Source of the DNA: Mobula hypostoma | Lineage: Eukaryota | DNA length: 64,000 bases | Assembly: GCF_963921235.1 (NCBI RefSeq) | Contig: NC_086108.1 | Span: 85,748,001 to 85,812,000 of the forward strand | Direction: 5' to 3' | Shown here: positions 37,271 to 51,229 of the stretch, in pieces | Layout: every line of letters starts with the position of its first letter | How positions within the stretch are numbered: position 1 is the stretch's first letter | Made by a program: the position numbers and the translations under genes | The notes under the pieces: model-generated | Told to the model about the DNA's origin: nothing | The model's database searches: none | What the model saw: the letters and a program-made list of their open reading frames with translations, nothing else

Positions 37271-38029
37271 GAATAGGAAGAGATGAATGAAATCTGTAAC
37301 CAGCAGGTTGAATAGCATTAACAAAAGGAGAAAAAAATATTTCAGGTTAATTACAGCCAGCCAGTTGCAGTACAAAATGGAAGGGTGAATAACTGAAGAT
37401 TTTAAATTTAGTGTTTGGTTCTAGGGGCTGCAGTATATTGTTGGATCTGGTGATACTGATCTGAGTTTCTTGGAAGTGAAGAACGAGGCATAAAACTTGG
37501 TGGTTACTGTCAAGTTTTACAAGTACCAAGAACGAACAAAGAAAAGAAACAGAAAAAGTAGTTGTGGTTGTCTCACCTTCAGCCTAGATATACACAAAAT
37601 TGCAGTGATAACAAGTAACTTATAAAAATAGCCAGACTGAAATGGTATCACACCTGCTGCAGAAAAACTGATAAGTGTCTATAAAAACACACCCATAAAT
37701 TTATGATTACTGAAAGATTTACTAACAATTACATGTATATGGGTCATTATATGAAAATACAAGTAAGCATAGGAAAGTTAAACTATAAGGAAGGTAATAG
37801 AAAAATATAATTTCTACATTCTAATTCGACAACATCTACATAAAAAAATGAGATACTGTTCCCTAAGCTTATATTGGGGTTCAGCGGAACAGTTTAGGAT
37901 AGATTGGTCTGAGTAGAGCTAGTATGTATGTGTTGTGGGTGCACTGTGGTCCGGAGGAATGTTGTTTCATTTAGTTGTGATTATATACACACACATATAC
38001 AGTAAGATGACAATAAACTTGAACTTGAT

Positions 38030-38480
38030 TAATAATTGAAGTGAAAGGCAACAGGAAGCTCAAATACATCCTGTGGGCTGAGCAGAGATTTCTGCAAAGC
38101 AGTCACCAAATTTACATTTGATTTCTCCGGCATAGAACAGACCGCATCATAAATTGGAAAAGGTAAGAGTGAATCATGATTTCACCTGTAGAGAATGCTT
38201 GGGTTCCTGGATGGTGGAGAGGGAAAAAAATGAAAGGTCAAGGTTTATTTTCATTCTTTTTTTTTCTCCTTGCATCTCTTCCAGACAGATCATGGATTAA
38301 CAAACCTAATCTTAACTGTTACCACCTCCACTTGTCTTGGGCTGTCTCTTCATCTCCACCCTATTATAGACATTCCCTTTGTGCTGTCCTTCCCTTCCCT
38401 TCCTCTGCAATCCAATATGTTTGATTTTTAACTTCTTTTCACTGAGACATTAACTCACTTTCGCCCCTCCGTCATTGCTG
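38030..38480 (-). mobile_element. Degraded Penelope GIY-YIG remnant with inverted pLTR-like sequence
   Basis: Minus strand reads QVKS*FTLT...CGLFYAGEIKCKFGDCFAE. Confidence 0.55.
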
Positions 38481-38859
38481 GCTGGAGCACCAAACCATGC
38501 TCGTTGGATTGTTCACCTGATGCCTCTGCAGATCCCCAGGCAGAAACTTGGCTGGCAACCAGTAGAACTTCCCACTAAAATTCAGCCATTGTGACTGTTA
38601 ACCAAAACTTCAAAATCACATTGAAGAAGATGGCTCTGCTGTTGCATACCAGCTTCTTGTGCATGTGATTTCAGGTGGATTGCTTCGATAGGAGTTTCAG
38701 CTGTGTGAGACAAATCAGCATAGTGTCTGATTGGCGAAAGAAGCAGCAAGCAGGTAAAATAGCACATTCTACTTGTTTCAGTGAAGTGATAGGCACATGG
38801 GAGCTGTGCATTGGAAGGATTGATTGTGCTAAGTCTGTGCAAGATAATGCAGAGGGAAT

Positions 38860-41640
38860 GGCTTTAACATCTATTCTCATGAAGTTCTTTGAGATGCAGG
38901 CCATGGTGCATGGTGAATCCAGCCTTCCAACCAATCTCGGCCCACTGCGATTTGCCTACATTAATACAGGTCTGTGGTGGATGCCATCTCCTTGGAAAAT
39001 ATAGATAGTAAAGGCTTCTATGTCAGACTATTGTTTATTGACTACAGCTGCCTAAGAACTGTTTGCCTTCGGAGGGCCGAGATCTCATGGCTCTGGAAAT
39101 AGGCGGATGGAAGTTCGGTGTCCGGGTAGGAGATCAGTGTGCCGTGGGAGATGGAAGATCTAAGACTGTGTGCCCAGAGACCTGAGATCTTTGGGCACAG
39201 AGCTTGAAAAAAGCAATGCAATGGACTTTTAACATCATAAACCAGCGAGTTGTTTGTTATATCTCCCCTCTCGCTGTGAAATGGAGACATCTCTCTCTCC
39301 CTTATTGGGGAGAGAGAAAGCCTGTGGTATGTTGAATATTGGATGAACAAGTAGCCTTTGGAGTACTACAAGACTATGTCTTTGCTGTTGCTTTGCTCAT
39401 GCTTGAGTGCTCGGTGGTGGGTGCCGATGCTTTTTTTGCCAGTGGGGGGGGGAGGGGGGATCATTGCTTGCTGCCACATATGCGCGGGAGTGAGGGGAGC
39501 TTGGGGGGGACTTTGAGTTTCTAACATTTGACTGTCATTCATTCTTTGGGGGCACTCCTGTTTTTCATGGATGGTTGTGAAGAAAAAGCATTTCAGGATG
39601 TATATTGTATACATTTCTTTGACATTAAATGTATCTTTGAACCTTTGAGCTCTACCTTCAAGACTCATCACCAAACTCCAGATCTTGCCAGCCCTTGCCC
39701 TCCTTTGATCCTTGACTTCTTGACCAACAGACAGCAATCAATAAAGATAGGCAGCAACATCTCTGCCACCATTATTCTCAACTCTGTTGCTCCACAAGGT
39801 TGTGTCCTCAGCCCCCTACTCTACTCTCTGTACACTCATGACTCTGTGGGCCAATTCTGCTCTAAATCATCTACAGGTTTACAGATGATACCACCATAGT
39901 GGGCCATATCATAAAAATGATGAGTCAGAGAACAAGAAGGAGACAGAGAGCTTAGTGATATGGTGTCAGCACAACAACCTTTCCCTCATTGTCAACAAAA
40001 CATAAGAGCTGGTGATTGAATTCAGGAAGTGGGTGGTCCACATGCTGCTGCCTACATCAAAGGTGTTGAGGTTGAGAGGTTTGAAAGTTTCTAATTCCAA
40101 GGAATGAACATCACAAATAGCCTCTTCTAGTTCGACCATGTTTACGTAATGACCAAGAAAGCTCACCAATGCCTCGACTTCCTCAGGAGGTTAAAGACCC
40201 TGTCATCTCCTACTAATTTTTGTCAAAGCAGTCTATCTGGATGACTAATGGCTTGGTATGGCAACTACTCTGTGCCTGACCTCAAGAAACTGCAGAAAGT
40301 TGTGGACACAGCTCAGAACATCATGGAAATTAACTTCTCCTTTATGGACTTTGTCTATATTTCTCATTGCCTCAGTAGAGCAGCCAGATAATCAAAGATC
40401 CCACCTACACCACTGGACTCCCAATGGCAGAAGATGCAAGAGCTTGAAAGCACTTGCCACTATGCTCAAGGACAGCTTTAGAATTAGAATCTCAAAAGCT
40501 TTAGAATTTACTTAAATTCCACCCCAGAACATGAAGGAGTAAAAATATTTGCATTATGACTCTATCACAATGTACAGACATGTGAATTTAAAAGTCTAAT
40601 GGCTCTAGAAAGAACCTGTCCCGTAGCCTGTTGGTTCTGGCTTTAATGCTGCGGTACCGTTCGCTAAAACAGTTTATGGTTGGAGTGACTGGTGTCCTCG
40701 ATGATGTTCCAGGCCTCCTTTCTGCACTTGCTGCTATTAATGTCCTCAGTGGAGGGAAGTTCGTGTCCACAGATGCACTGGGCTGCCCATACCACTCTCT
40801 GCAATGCCCAGCGATCAAGGATGATATAATCCCTGTACCAGGCAGTGATACAGCCGGTCAGGATGCTCTCAGTGGTGCCTCTGTAGCAGGCCTTGAGGAT
40901 TTGGGGGTTCATGCTGAACTTCATCAGTTGACTGAGGTGGAAGAGGCGCTGTTATGCTTTTTTTTTGCCATAAAGCCAGTGTATATAGTCCAGGTAAGAT
41001 CATCGGTGATGTGTATACCGAGGAACTTGAAACTGCTCACTCTCTCAACTGCAGTCCCATTGATGTTGATCGGTCTCTGTTCCTCCTGTAATCTACAACC
41101 GGTTCCTTTGTTTTTGGACATTGAGGGAGAGGTTGTTTTCTGTGTCAGGGTGTCAACCTCTCCTCTTGTAGGCTGTCTCATCACTGCTAGAAATCAGGCC
41201 GAACAAAGTCGTGTCATTTGTGAATTTGATCAGCAGAATGGAGTTGTGTGTGGCAGCACAGTCGAGGGTGTAAAGGGCGTAGAGAAGGTGACTCACGATA
41301 CAACCTTTGGGGATGGGGGGGCACCTGTGCTGAGGGAGCCCATCCTTACCACCTGTCAGCGATCTGATAGGAATTTTAGGATCCAGCTGCGCAAGGTGCA
41401 CAGCTTCTATCTTGCTGTAATAAGACTATTAAACAGTTCCCTAGTACGACAAAATGGACTCTCGACCTTGCCAGTCTAGCTCATTATGATCGTTCGCTCA
41501 TTGTTTACCTGCACCACACTTTATTCTGTACTCTGTTATTGTTTTACCTTGTGCTTCTGCAGTGCACTGTGTAGGAGCGTTATGCAAAACAAGCTTTGCA
41601 CTGTTCCTCAGTACATGTGACAGTAATAAAGCAGTACAAT
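38860..41640 (+). mobile_element. Decayed Rex1/Babar RT-3' element carrying two insertions (39055-39645, 40479-41399)
   Basis: [49 protein letters not shown]. Resumes FYLAVIRLLN after the insert. Confidence 0.8.
40479..41399 (-). mobile_element. Rex1/Babar 3' fragment, antisense insertion
   Basis: IKFTNDTTLFGLI, VERVSSFKFLGIHITDDLTW, ESILTGCITAWY. TSD ACAGCTT at 40472-40478 and 41400-41406. Confidence 0.88.
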
Positions 41641-44600
41641 TTGCTTTTGATACAGAAGCATTTGCAAAGGAATCTTACATTCATCTGTTGAGAGTGCATT
41701 TATTTATTTTTTACATTTACTAGCTCCTGGAAACTCTGTTAATCCCATGCCTCTTCTCTCCATTGCTTCTAATCTGTCGTCATTCATTAACAGAAGCACT
41801 TGCCTTCAGCCTCTCACCTGTGGTTTTAGTTGCTTCAGGGCATCAAGAAAAGACACATAACACATTGCTTTTAGACTATCACTGTATAGCGCTTTTGACT
41901 TTTGTCATAAAGTGCATTTTAGAATGTAGAGTCATCTTTACTTCAGCTTTCCCTGCACATCTGCTCAACGGAAACAACGTGTAGGTTAGGCAGTTTGCCT
42001 TGTGATTCTACAGATTCCCAATGTTCAGTCTTTTAGCTGATTTAACAAGGAGGGTGAACAGAACATTTTTATGTATTCAGAGCATAAATGAAGGCCCCAC
42101 CAAAGGCAGATAGATCTTATTAAAAATCATGACCTGATAACATCATTAGTACAATAATCTAATACGCAATGATGTGAATCGTAGAACACAGAACATTAAA
42201 CTGTTACAGCACAGGATCAGGCTGTTCAGCCCAATATGTTGTGCCCTACTAATTAAATTAGTAACCAAATGGCCAATAAGTAATCACTTCTGCTTTCACA
42301 TTGTCCATATCCAAAATTCAAAAAACAAACTAAATGTATTATCAAAATAATGAACGTACATTATTACCAAATACGACCCTGAAATTTTCTTGCTGGAAAA
42401 AAGAAATACATTAATTATGAAAAAATCTACATGAGAAAAGACTGACAAATATCCTTTGAGTTGGAAAATCCACATCAGAGGTGAGTAAAAAGAGCTGCTT
42501 TTTAATCAGGATGGCAAACGAAAGTTTCGTGGTAGTTTCTCTGAGTTGAGGACCAACCAATCAACAAGAGGGATTCATTTGAAAGAGCCAATGAAAATAA
42601 TTCCAGTGCAAGCAGAGCGGCCATTGTTTTGGAGTGTGCCAGTCTTTAGAGTGTCTTTGGCTCATGAGGCTTGGGTGAGATTAATTGTTTGTAAGTTACA
42701 CTCTCTCAGTTCTTATTTGTTCATTCTTTATCTATTAGGGCATAGTAGTTCAGTGAAAATGGCTCCGGGGTGCTGTTTTGTACTCCGCATGGGATGTGGG
42801 AAGTCTGGGAGATCTCCAGTCTCCAAGATAAACACATCTGCACCAGGTACACCATGTTGCAACTCCTGAGAGAACGTATTAAGGAACTGGAGCTGCAGCT
42901 CAATGACCTTCAACTCACACAGAAGAATGAGGAGGTGATAGACAGGAGATAAGAGAGGTGGTTACCCCTAGATTGCAGGAGATAGCTAACTGTGTTACTG
43001 TCAAGTGAAAGAGGGGATATGCCCAGCCAGTGCAGAGTATACCTGTAGCTGTTCCCCTCCCTCAATAATAAGTATACAATTTTAGATACTATTGAGGAGG
43101 ATGACCTACAGTGACCGGGTGTCTGGCAGTAAATCTGGTGCTGTGGCTCAGAAGAGCAGAGCAGTGAAGAGGACTGCAGTGTTGACTGGAGATTCCTTAG
43201 TCAGAGGAACAGCGAGGAGGTTCTGTGGGTGCGATAAACATCAGGATGGCATCTTGCCTCCCTGGTGCCAGGATCAGGAATAGCTCGGATCAGGTCCATG
43301 GCATTTTCAAGGGTGAAGGTGAGCTGCCAGAGTCTTGGTGCATATTGGCACCAATGACATAAGCAGACAAGGTGAGAATGTCCTGAATAGAGACTTTAGG
43401 GAGCTGAGAAAACTGAGAAGCAAGGCCTCCAGGGTATTAATCTCTGGATTGCTGCCTGTGCCATGTGACAGTGAGGGTAAAAATAGGATGACTTGGCAGG
43501 TGAATGTGTTTCTGAGGAGCTGGTGCAGGGGGCAGGGGTTCAGATCTGTGGATGACTGGGATCTCTTTTGGGGGAAGCTATGATGTATACAAATGAGATG
43601 GTTTATATCTGAACCTGAGGGGGACCAACATCTGTGTGGGCAAGTTGGCTAGAGTTGTTTGGGTGGGTTTAAACTGATTTGGCAAACAGCAGCAATGTGT
43701 AGTGAGACTCCAAGTAAGGAGAGGTTGATGATAGACAAAATTGCAGTCGACAGAATGAGTTGCAATGTTAAAGGGGGACAAAGTTGAAAAGGGTGACCAC
43801 TTTATGTTTATATACACTTTATGTTTATACTTGAAAGCGCGCAGTATATTGATTAAGGTTGTTGAACTTGTAGAACAGTTGCAGGTTGGCATGTATGATG
43901 TCGTAGGCAAAAATGAATCATGGCTGAAGGAAGATTATAGCTGGGTGCATAATGTCCAAGGATACACATTGTATCAAAGGGACAGCCAGAAAGGCAGAGG
44001 AGGTGGTGTGGCTCTGTTGGTAAAAAAGTTAAATTAAATCATCAGAAAGAGGTGACATAGGGGCAGAAAGTGTTGAATCATTGTAATAGAGCTAAGGAAT
44101 TGCAAGGGTAAAAAGACCCTGATGGGAGTTAAATACAGACCACCAAACAGTAGTAAAGGTGTGGTCTACAAATGACAACAGGAGGTAGAAAATGCATGCC
44201 AAAAGCACGATGTTACAACAGTCATGGGGGATTTCAATATGCAGATAGATTGGGAAAATCAGGTTGGTGCTGGATTCCAAGAGGAGGAATTTCTAGAATG
44301 CCTATGAGATGGCTTTTTAGAGCAGCTCATGGTTGAGCCCACTAGTTATTCTCAATTGGGTGTTGTGCAATGAACTGGAATTGGCGATTAAGGTAAAGTA
44401 ACCCTTAGGGGTAAGTGATCATAATATGCTCGAATTTACCCTGAAATTTGGGAAAAAGAAGCTAAAGTCAGATGTATCAATATTACAATGGAGTAAAGTG
44501 AATTACAGAGGCATGAGAGAGGAGCTCGCTAAAATTGATTGAAACTAACACTGGCAGGGATGACACCAGAGCAGCAATGGCTGGGAGTTCTTGGAGCAAT

Positions 44601-44650
44601 TTGGAAGGTGTGTGATATATATATCCCGAAAAGGAAGAAGTATTCTAAAG

Positions 44651-47600
44651 TCATAGTCATAGTCATAGTCATACTTTATTGATCCTGAGGGAAACTGGTT
44701 TTCGTTACAGTTGCACCAACCAAGAATAGAGTATAATATAGCAATATAAAACCATAAATAATTAAATAGTAATATGTAAATTATGCCAGGAAATAAGTCC
44801 AGGACCAGCCTATTGGCTCAGGGTGTCTGACCCTCCAAGGGAAGAGTTGTAAAGTTCGATGGCCACAGGCAGGAATGACTTCCCATGATGCTCAGTGTTG
44901 CATCTCGGTGGAATGAGTCTCTGGCTAAATATACTCCTGTGCCCAATCAGTACATTACGTAGTGGATGGGAGACATTGTCTAAGATGGCATGCAACTTGG
45001 ACAGCATCCTCTTTTCAGACACCACCATCAGAGAGTCCAGTTCCATCCCCACAACATCACTGGCCTTACGAATGTGTTTGTTGATTCTGTTGGTGTCTGC
45101 TACCCTCAGCCTGCTGCCCCAGCACACAACAGCAAACATGATAGCACTGGCCACCACAGACTCGTAGAACATCCTCAGCATCGTCCGACAGATGTTAAAG
45201 GACCTCAGTCTCCTCAGGAAATAGAGACGGCTCTGACCCTTCTTGTAGACAGCCTCAGTGTTCTTTGACCAGTCTAGTTTATTGTCAATTCATATCCCCA
45301 GGTATTTGTAATCCTCCACCATGTCCAGACTGACCCCCTGGAAGGAAACAGGGGTCACTGGTGCCTTAGCCCTCCTCAGGTCCACCACCAGCTCCTTAGT
45401 CTTTTTCACATTAAGCTGCAGATAATTCTGCTCACACCATGTGACAAAGTTTCCTACCATAGCCCTGTACTCAGCCTCATCTCCCTTGCTGATGCATCCA
45501 ACTATGGCAGAGTCATCAGAAAACTTCTGAAGATGGCAAGACTCTGTGCAGTAGTTGAAGTCTGAGGTGTAAATGGTGAAGAGAAAGGGAGACAAGACAG
45601 TCCCCTATGGAGCCCCAGTGCTGCTGATCACTCTGTCGGACACACAGTGTTGCAAGCACATGTACTGTGGTCTGCCAGTCAGGTAATCAATAATTCATGA
45701 TACCAGGAAAGCATCCACCTGCATCGCTGTCAGCTTCTCCCCCAGCAGAGCAGGACGGATGTTGTTGAACACACTGGAGAATTCAAAAAACATGACCCTC
45801 ACAGTGCTCGCTGGCTTGTCCAGGTGGGTGTAGACACGGTTCAGCAAGTAGACGATGGCATCCTCAACTCCAAGTTGGGGCTGGTAGGCAAACTGGAGGG
45901 GATCTAAGTGTGGTCTAACCATAGGCCAGAGCAGCTCCAGAACAAGTCTCTCCAGGGTCTTCATGATGTGGGAGGTCAATGCCACCGGTCTGCAGTCATT
46001 GAGGCCACTGGGGCACGGTGTCTTAGGCACAGGGACGAGGCAGGACATCTTCCACAGCACAAGAACCCTCTGGAGACTCAGGCTCAGTTTGAAGACATGG
46101 TGAAATACGCCGCATAGCTGAGGGGCACAGGCTTTGAGCACCCTGGTACTGACACCATCCAGGCCTGCAGCCTTGCTTGGGTTGAGATGTTTCAACCGTC
46201 TTCTCACCTGTTCAGCTGTGAAGCCTGTCTTGGTGGTTTCGTCTGGGGAAGGGGTATAGTCATGAGAGCAGGGTGGCGAACTGTGAGGAGGGGTAGGAAG
46301 GGAGAGTGAAATATGTGTTGTTTGGGGGCCGACAACAGATGAGACATGTGGGGGATGGGCAGGGGCCACAATGTCAAATCTGTTAAAGAACAGGTTAAGT
46401 TCGTTGGTCCTGTCCACACTGCCTTCAGCTCCTCTGTTGCTAGTTTGCCGGAACCCAGTGATGGTCCTCATCCCACTCCAGACCTCTCTCATGTGGTGAA
46501 TCTGTGGAATTCTCTGCCACAGGAAACAGTTGAGGCCAGTTCATTGGCTATATTTAAGAGGGAGTTAGATATGGCCCTTGTGGCTACGGGGGTCAGGGGG
46601 TATGGAGGGAAGGCTGGGGCGGGGTTCTGAGTTGGAGGATCCGCCATGATCATAATAAATGGCGATGCAGGCTCGAAGGGCCGAATGGCCTACTCCTGCA
46701 CCTATTTTCTATGTTTCTATGTTTCTATGTTGTTCTGCTGGATTTTCCACTCAAGCTTCCTCCTATACCTGTCTTTAGCCTCCCTGATCCTGGCTTTCAG
46801 GTCCCTCTGTATTGCCCTCAGCTCCTCCCTATTTCCATCTCTAAACACCCTCTTTTTAGTGTTCAGGATGTCCTTAATGTCCTTTGTTACCCATGGCTTG
46901 TTATTTGAATAACAAAGGACAGTTCTTGTTGGAATATTGCAGTCCACACAGAAGTTGATGTAATCAGTGATGCACTCTGTGAGCCCATCAATATCCTCTC
47001 CATGTGGCTCACAGGGTGCCTGCCAGTCTGACACCTCAAAACAACCCTGGAGCAGCTCATAAACCTCCTCCGACCATTTCCTCACTGTCCTCGAGGTTGC
47101 AGGTTTACTCTTCACCAGAGGCACGTGGCAGGGTTTGAGATGCACCAGGTTGTGATCTGACCTTCCCAATGGGGGGAGGGGAGAGGAGCTGTATGCATCC
47201 TCAACATTAGCACACATCAAATCCAGAGTCCTCTCTCCTCTGGTTGTACAGCTCACATACTGCGTGAAGTTGGGCAGTGTTCTAGCCATGGTAACATGGT
47301 TGAAGTCACCCGAGATGGTAATGAGGGCACTCGGGTGCTGGGTTTGTAATCTGGCTATGACGGTGTAAATAATGTTACACGCTGACGTCGGGTTGGCAGA
47401 AGGAGGGATGTACACAACAACCACAACTGCATGTGAGATTTCCCTTGGCAAATAATATGGACGGAGTCCAACAGCAAAAAGTTCAATATCCGGGCTACAA
47501 ACACTCTCCTTGATCATAATATGACCAGGATTGTACCATCTGTTGTTTACCAGAACAGCAAGCCCCCCTCCTTTACGCTTACCGCCTGCAGTGCAATTCC

Positions 47601-47667
47601 AGTCAGCCCGAACGGTCTGGAAGCCCTCTATGGAAACGTTTTGGTCGGGTATGCCCTCATGCAGCCA
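44651..47667 (-). mobile_element. Rex1/Babar LINE (APE-RT, ~3 kb) inserted in CR1
   Basis: 322-aa APE frame (GLRPYYLPRE, ISGDFNH, LGRSDHNLV), 265-aa RT frame (RPVALTSHIMKTLERL), LQKFSDDSAIVG, (GACTAT)n tail. Confidence 0.93.
46493..46728 (+). mobile_element. CR1 3' end nested in Rex1
   Basis: VVNLWNSLPQETVEA and (TTTCTATG)n tail. Confidence 0.9.
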
Positions 47668-48424
47668 CAAAGGCAGATGACACAACTGTGGCTGCCAAGG
47701 GAAGTCAAAGCCAACATAAAAGCCAAAGAGAGGACATATAATAAAGCAAAAATTAGTGGAAAGTTAAAGGATTGGGACGTTAGAGGTTTGTGAAGCTTTT
47801 AAAAACCAGCAGAAGGCAATTAAAAACATCATTAAGAAGGTAAAGATGGAATACGAAAGTAAGCTAGCCAATAATATTAAGGAGGATACCAGAAGTTTCT
47901 TCAGATACATAAACTGTAAAAAAGTGGCAAGAATAGATATTGGACCACTGGAAAATGATGCTGGAGAGGTAGTAATGGGAGGAAAAGGAAATGGAAGACA
48001 AACTGAATAAGTATTTTGCATCAGTCTTCAATATGGAAGAGACTAGCAGTATGGTGGAAGTACCAGGTGTCAGTGATCATGAAGAGTGTGAAGTTACAAT
48101 TACTAGGGAGACAGCTCTCGAAAAACTGAAAGGTCCAAAGGTAGATAAGTCACCTGGACCAGATGGTGTAGTGGTGTTCCACAGGGGTTTGTGTTGGGAC
48201 CAATCGTTTTATGTTATATGGCAATGATTGGATGATGACTTTGTTGCGAATTTTGCAGGTGATACGAATATAGGTGGAGAGGCAGTTAATTTTGAGGAAA
48301 TAGATCGGCTACAGAGGGCTTAGACATATTCAGAGAATGGGCAAGGAAGTGGCAGATGGAATTCAGTGTCGGGATGTGTATGGTCATGCACTTTGGTAGG
48401 AGAAATGAAAGGGTTAATTATACT

Positions 48425-48715
48425 TATTATTTATTTGTCGCCAAACAATTGATACTAGAACATACGATCATCACAGCGATATTTGGTTCTGCGCTTCGCG
48501 TTCCCTGGAGTGCAAATTGATATTAAATATTAAAAATATAAATTATAAATCATAAATAGAAAATAAAAAGGGAAAGTAAGGTAGTGCAAAAAAAAAACTG
48601 AGAGGCAGGTCCGGATATTTGGAGGGTATGGCCCAGATCTGGGTCAGGATCCATTCAGTAGTCTTACCACAGTTGGAAAGAAGTTGTTCCTAAATCTGGC
48701 CATACGAGTCTTCGA
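48425..48715 (-). mobile_element. Rex1/Babar 3' end
   Basis: Reverse complement of the 57690-57965 3' end (KTRMARFRNNFFPTVVRLLN). Confidence 0.85.
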
Positions 48716-49169
48716 AATTATTTTCTTCTTAATTATTTTCTAAATAGAGATAAAATGCACAAATCAGGGGCACAAAGGGACTTGAGAGCACTTGTGCAGG
48801 ATTCCCTAAAGGATAATTTGCAGGGGAGTTTGTGGCTTTAACAGGGTGGATGTGGAGATGATGTTTCCATCGGTGGGAGTATCTCAGAATAGAGGGGCAT
48901 CCTTTTAGAATGGAGATGAGGAGGAATTTCTTTACCAGAGAGTAGTGAATCTGTGGCAATTGTTGCCACAGGCAGCTGTAGAGGCCAAGTCTTTAAGCAA
49001 ATTCAATGCAGAGGTTGATAATTTTTTTACTGGACATGGCATGAAGGGAATCTGGGAGAAGGCAGCTGATTGAGGCTGAGAGGAAAATAGATTAGCCATG
49101 ATGAAGTGGCAGAACAGACTCGACGGGCCAAATGACCTAATTCTGCTCCTGTATCTTATGGTCTTATAG

Positions 49170-49960
49170 TATTAATATGCAACCACCCTATCAAGTTGTA
49201 GCCACTTTCAGTGAGTTATGAACTTGGACCCCAAGATCCTTTGGCTCATCAATACTGTTAAGGTGATTAACAGTGTGCTGTCCATTAATATTTGCTCTCC
49301 CAACGTATAATAGTTTAAATTTGGCCAGTTTAAACTGCCATTTCTCTCACCATGTCTGCAAGTGAGCTACATCCTGCTGCATCCTTTACCAGTCTTCTTT
49401 GCTATTCACAACACCGGAAAACTTTGTAATGTTTGCAAACTTACTAGCCCACCAATCGATATTTTAACTAATCTTTTATATACATGTATATCACAAACAG
49501 CAGTGGTGCCAGTACAGATCCTTGCAGTACCCCACCAATCACAAATCTCCAATCAGAATAAGTTCCATTGACTACTTTCCTCTGTCTTCGGTGGACAAGC
49601 CATTTCTGGATCAAAGTGGCCAACTGACCATGGATCCCATGCACCTTAATCTTTTGAATGAGCTTCACATGAGGGACCTTGTCAGGTGCCATACTAAAAT
49701 TTATGTAGAGTACAACCACAGCTCTACTTTCATCACCTCCTCAAAAACCCAAGTCAACTTAGGACATGCCTTGCCCCATACAAATCCATGCTGATTGTCA
49801 CAAATTAGACTATGGTTTTCCAATTGTTCATAAATCCAACCTCTGGGAATTCTTTCCAGTACCTTCTGTACTACTGATGTGAGACTCACCAGTCTATAGT
49901 GTCCAGTAATATCCTTTATTTTCCATCTTGAATAATGGGACATTAGCTACTTACCAGCCC
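49170..49960 (-). mobile_element. Older CR1 RT fragment
   Basis: YRLVSLTSVVQKVLE, QHGFVWGKAC, DKVPHVKLIQK, GGVLQGSVLAPLLFVIY. Confidence 0.85.
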
Positions 49961-50139
49961 TGCTCTACCTATAACCTTGTAGTGAGTGGAAGGATCAATC
50001 TAGCAGAAGGTCATTGTCATCTTATTCTTGTTTCTTGATGATGCCCAGAGCAGTACTGTTTATCGTTGTTTTTTCCCTCCTCCAGGCCAGTGGGGGTTCC
50101 AGTGCTTTGGGGATTTATCCTGTACCACTTCCTTGACAC

Positions 50140-50998
50140 GTTGAAGCTGCACCTTCTCTAACATGCTGGTAGAGAGAGTTTTATTTGGGTTTTTAGCGCT
50201 GGAAATAGTTACATTTGGACACGTCTCATTAGCAGGGCAGCAGTATGGTCGCATTGTTTATTCCAGGGACCAGCTGATTGCGCTTATGCCGGCCGGGTTT
50301 AGCGAGCAGAGCGGCGGACACCCCTGCTGAAATCTGGAGGAAAACACACAGAGGATGCAGAGGGGGATCACAAAGGCGAGGAAAGAGGACCGGGTCAAGA
50401 CAACAGAGACTTACGGAGAAGAGGAGTTCGGTGGGTAATAAAATGGACGAGTTGACGGCGCTAGCCAGGCGTCAGAGAACATTTCAGGAGTGCAGTGTTA
50501 TGTGTTTTACTGGGGCTGCACGAGGACATACCCGATCAAAACTTTTCCATGGATGGCTTCCAGACCTTTCGGGCTGACCGGAAGTGCACTGAGTGCAGTA
50601 AGCATAAAGGAGCTGGGGGCTTACTGTTCTGGTTAACAATGGATGGTGCAATCCTGGTCATATCACGATCGAGGAACGTGTTTGTAGACCGGATATTGAA
50701 CTTTTTGTTGTTGGACTCCGGCCATATTCCACCGAGATACAACACAGGGCATCACGGGAGGTTGTTCCTGCTTATGGCCATCGAACTTTGCAGCTCCTCC
50801 AGTGGAGGGTCAGACACCCTGAGCCAATAGGCTGGTCCTGAACTTATTTCCATCTGGCATACTTTGCATATTGTTATTTGATTGTTTGTGGTTTTTGTAT
50901 TGCTATATTTATGCTCTATTCTTGGTTGGTGCGGCTGTAACGAAACCCAATTTCCCTCGGGATCAATAAAGTATATCTATTTATCTATCTATCTATCT
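50140..50998 (+). mobile_element. Internally deleted Rex1/Babar copy (5' end joined to 3' end)
   Basis: SVGNKMDEL..ECSVMCFT and ELFVVGLRPY joined to IPPRYNTGHHG. 3' UTR shared with 44651-44915. (TATC)n tail. Confidence 0.85.
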
Positions 50999-51229
50999 TG
51001 ATCTTTTATGGAAGAAATTTTGGTTGATCTTCATAAGGCCTGTATTTGCAGGCATGTGAACTCAGCAGACTGAAAGGAAACAAATTAAATCCCTACAGGA
51101 TAAACCGCAGCCTCCACTGTTCTGAAAGACATAACATGTGAACCACAAGGAAAATCATTGCTGGGGCCTTGTAGATCTGAAGTAACAACCTGTTTTTAAA
51201 AAAAAGAAATTTGGTTAAGTTTAACAACC

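Larger units (their letters stand above)
42450..49168 (+). mobile_element. Full-length-type CR1 LINE (5' UTR, ORF1 ZnF-esterase, ORF2 APE-RT, tail), decayed and interrupted
   Basis: ORF1: CTPHGMWE..HICTRY, LTGDSLVRG, VHIGTND. ORF2: CLYLKARSI, ESWL, MGDFN, KSPGPDGV, SGVPQG, NFAGDT, NFFTQRVVNLW. Tail TCTTATGGTCTTAT. Confidence 0.9.

Noticed and set aside
37570..37590. Possible 7-nt minus-strand microexon (TAG|GCTGAAG|GTGAGA); similar pattern at ~16229-16235
   Set aside because: Frame-shifting length and expected by chance; no supporting evidence.
40631..41479. 282-aa plus-strand ORF
   Set aside because: Antisense shadow of the minus-strand Rex1 RT fragment.
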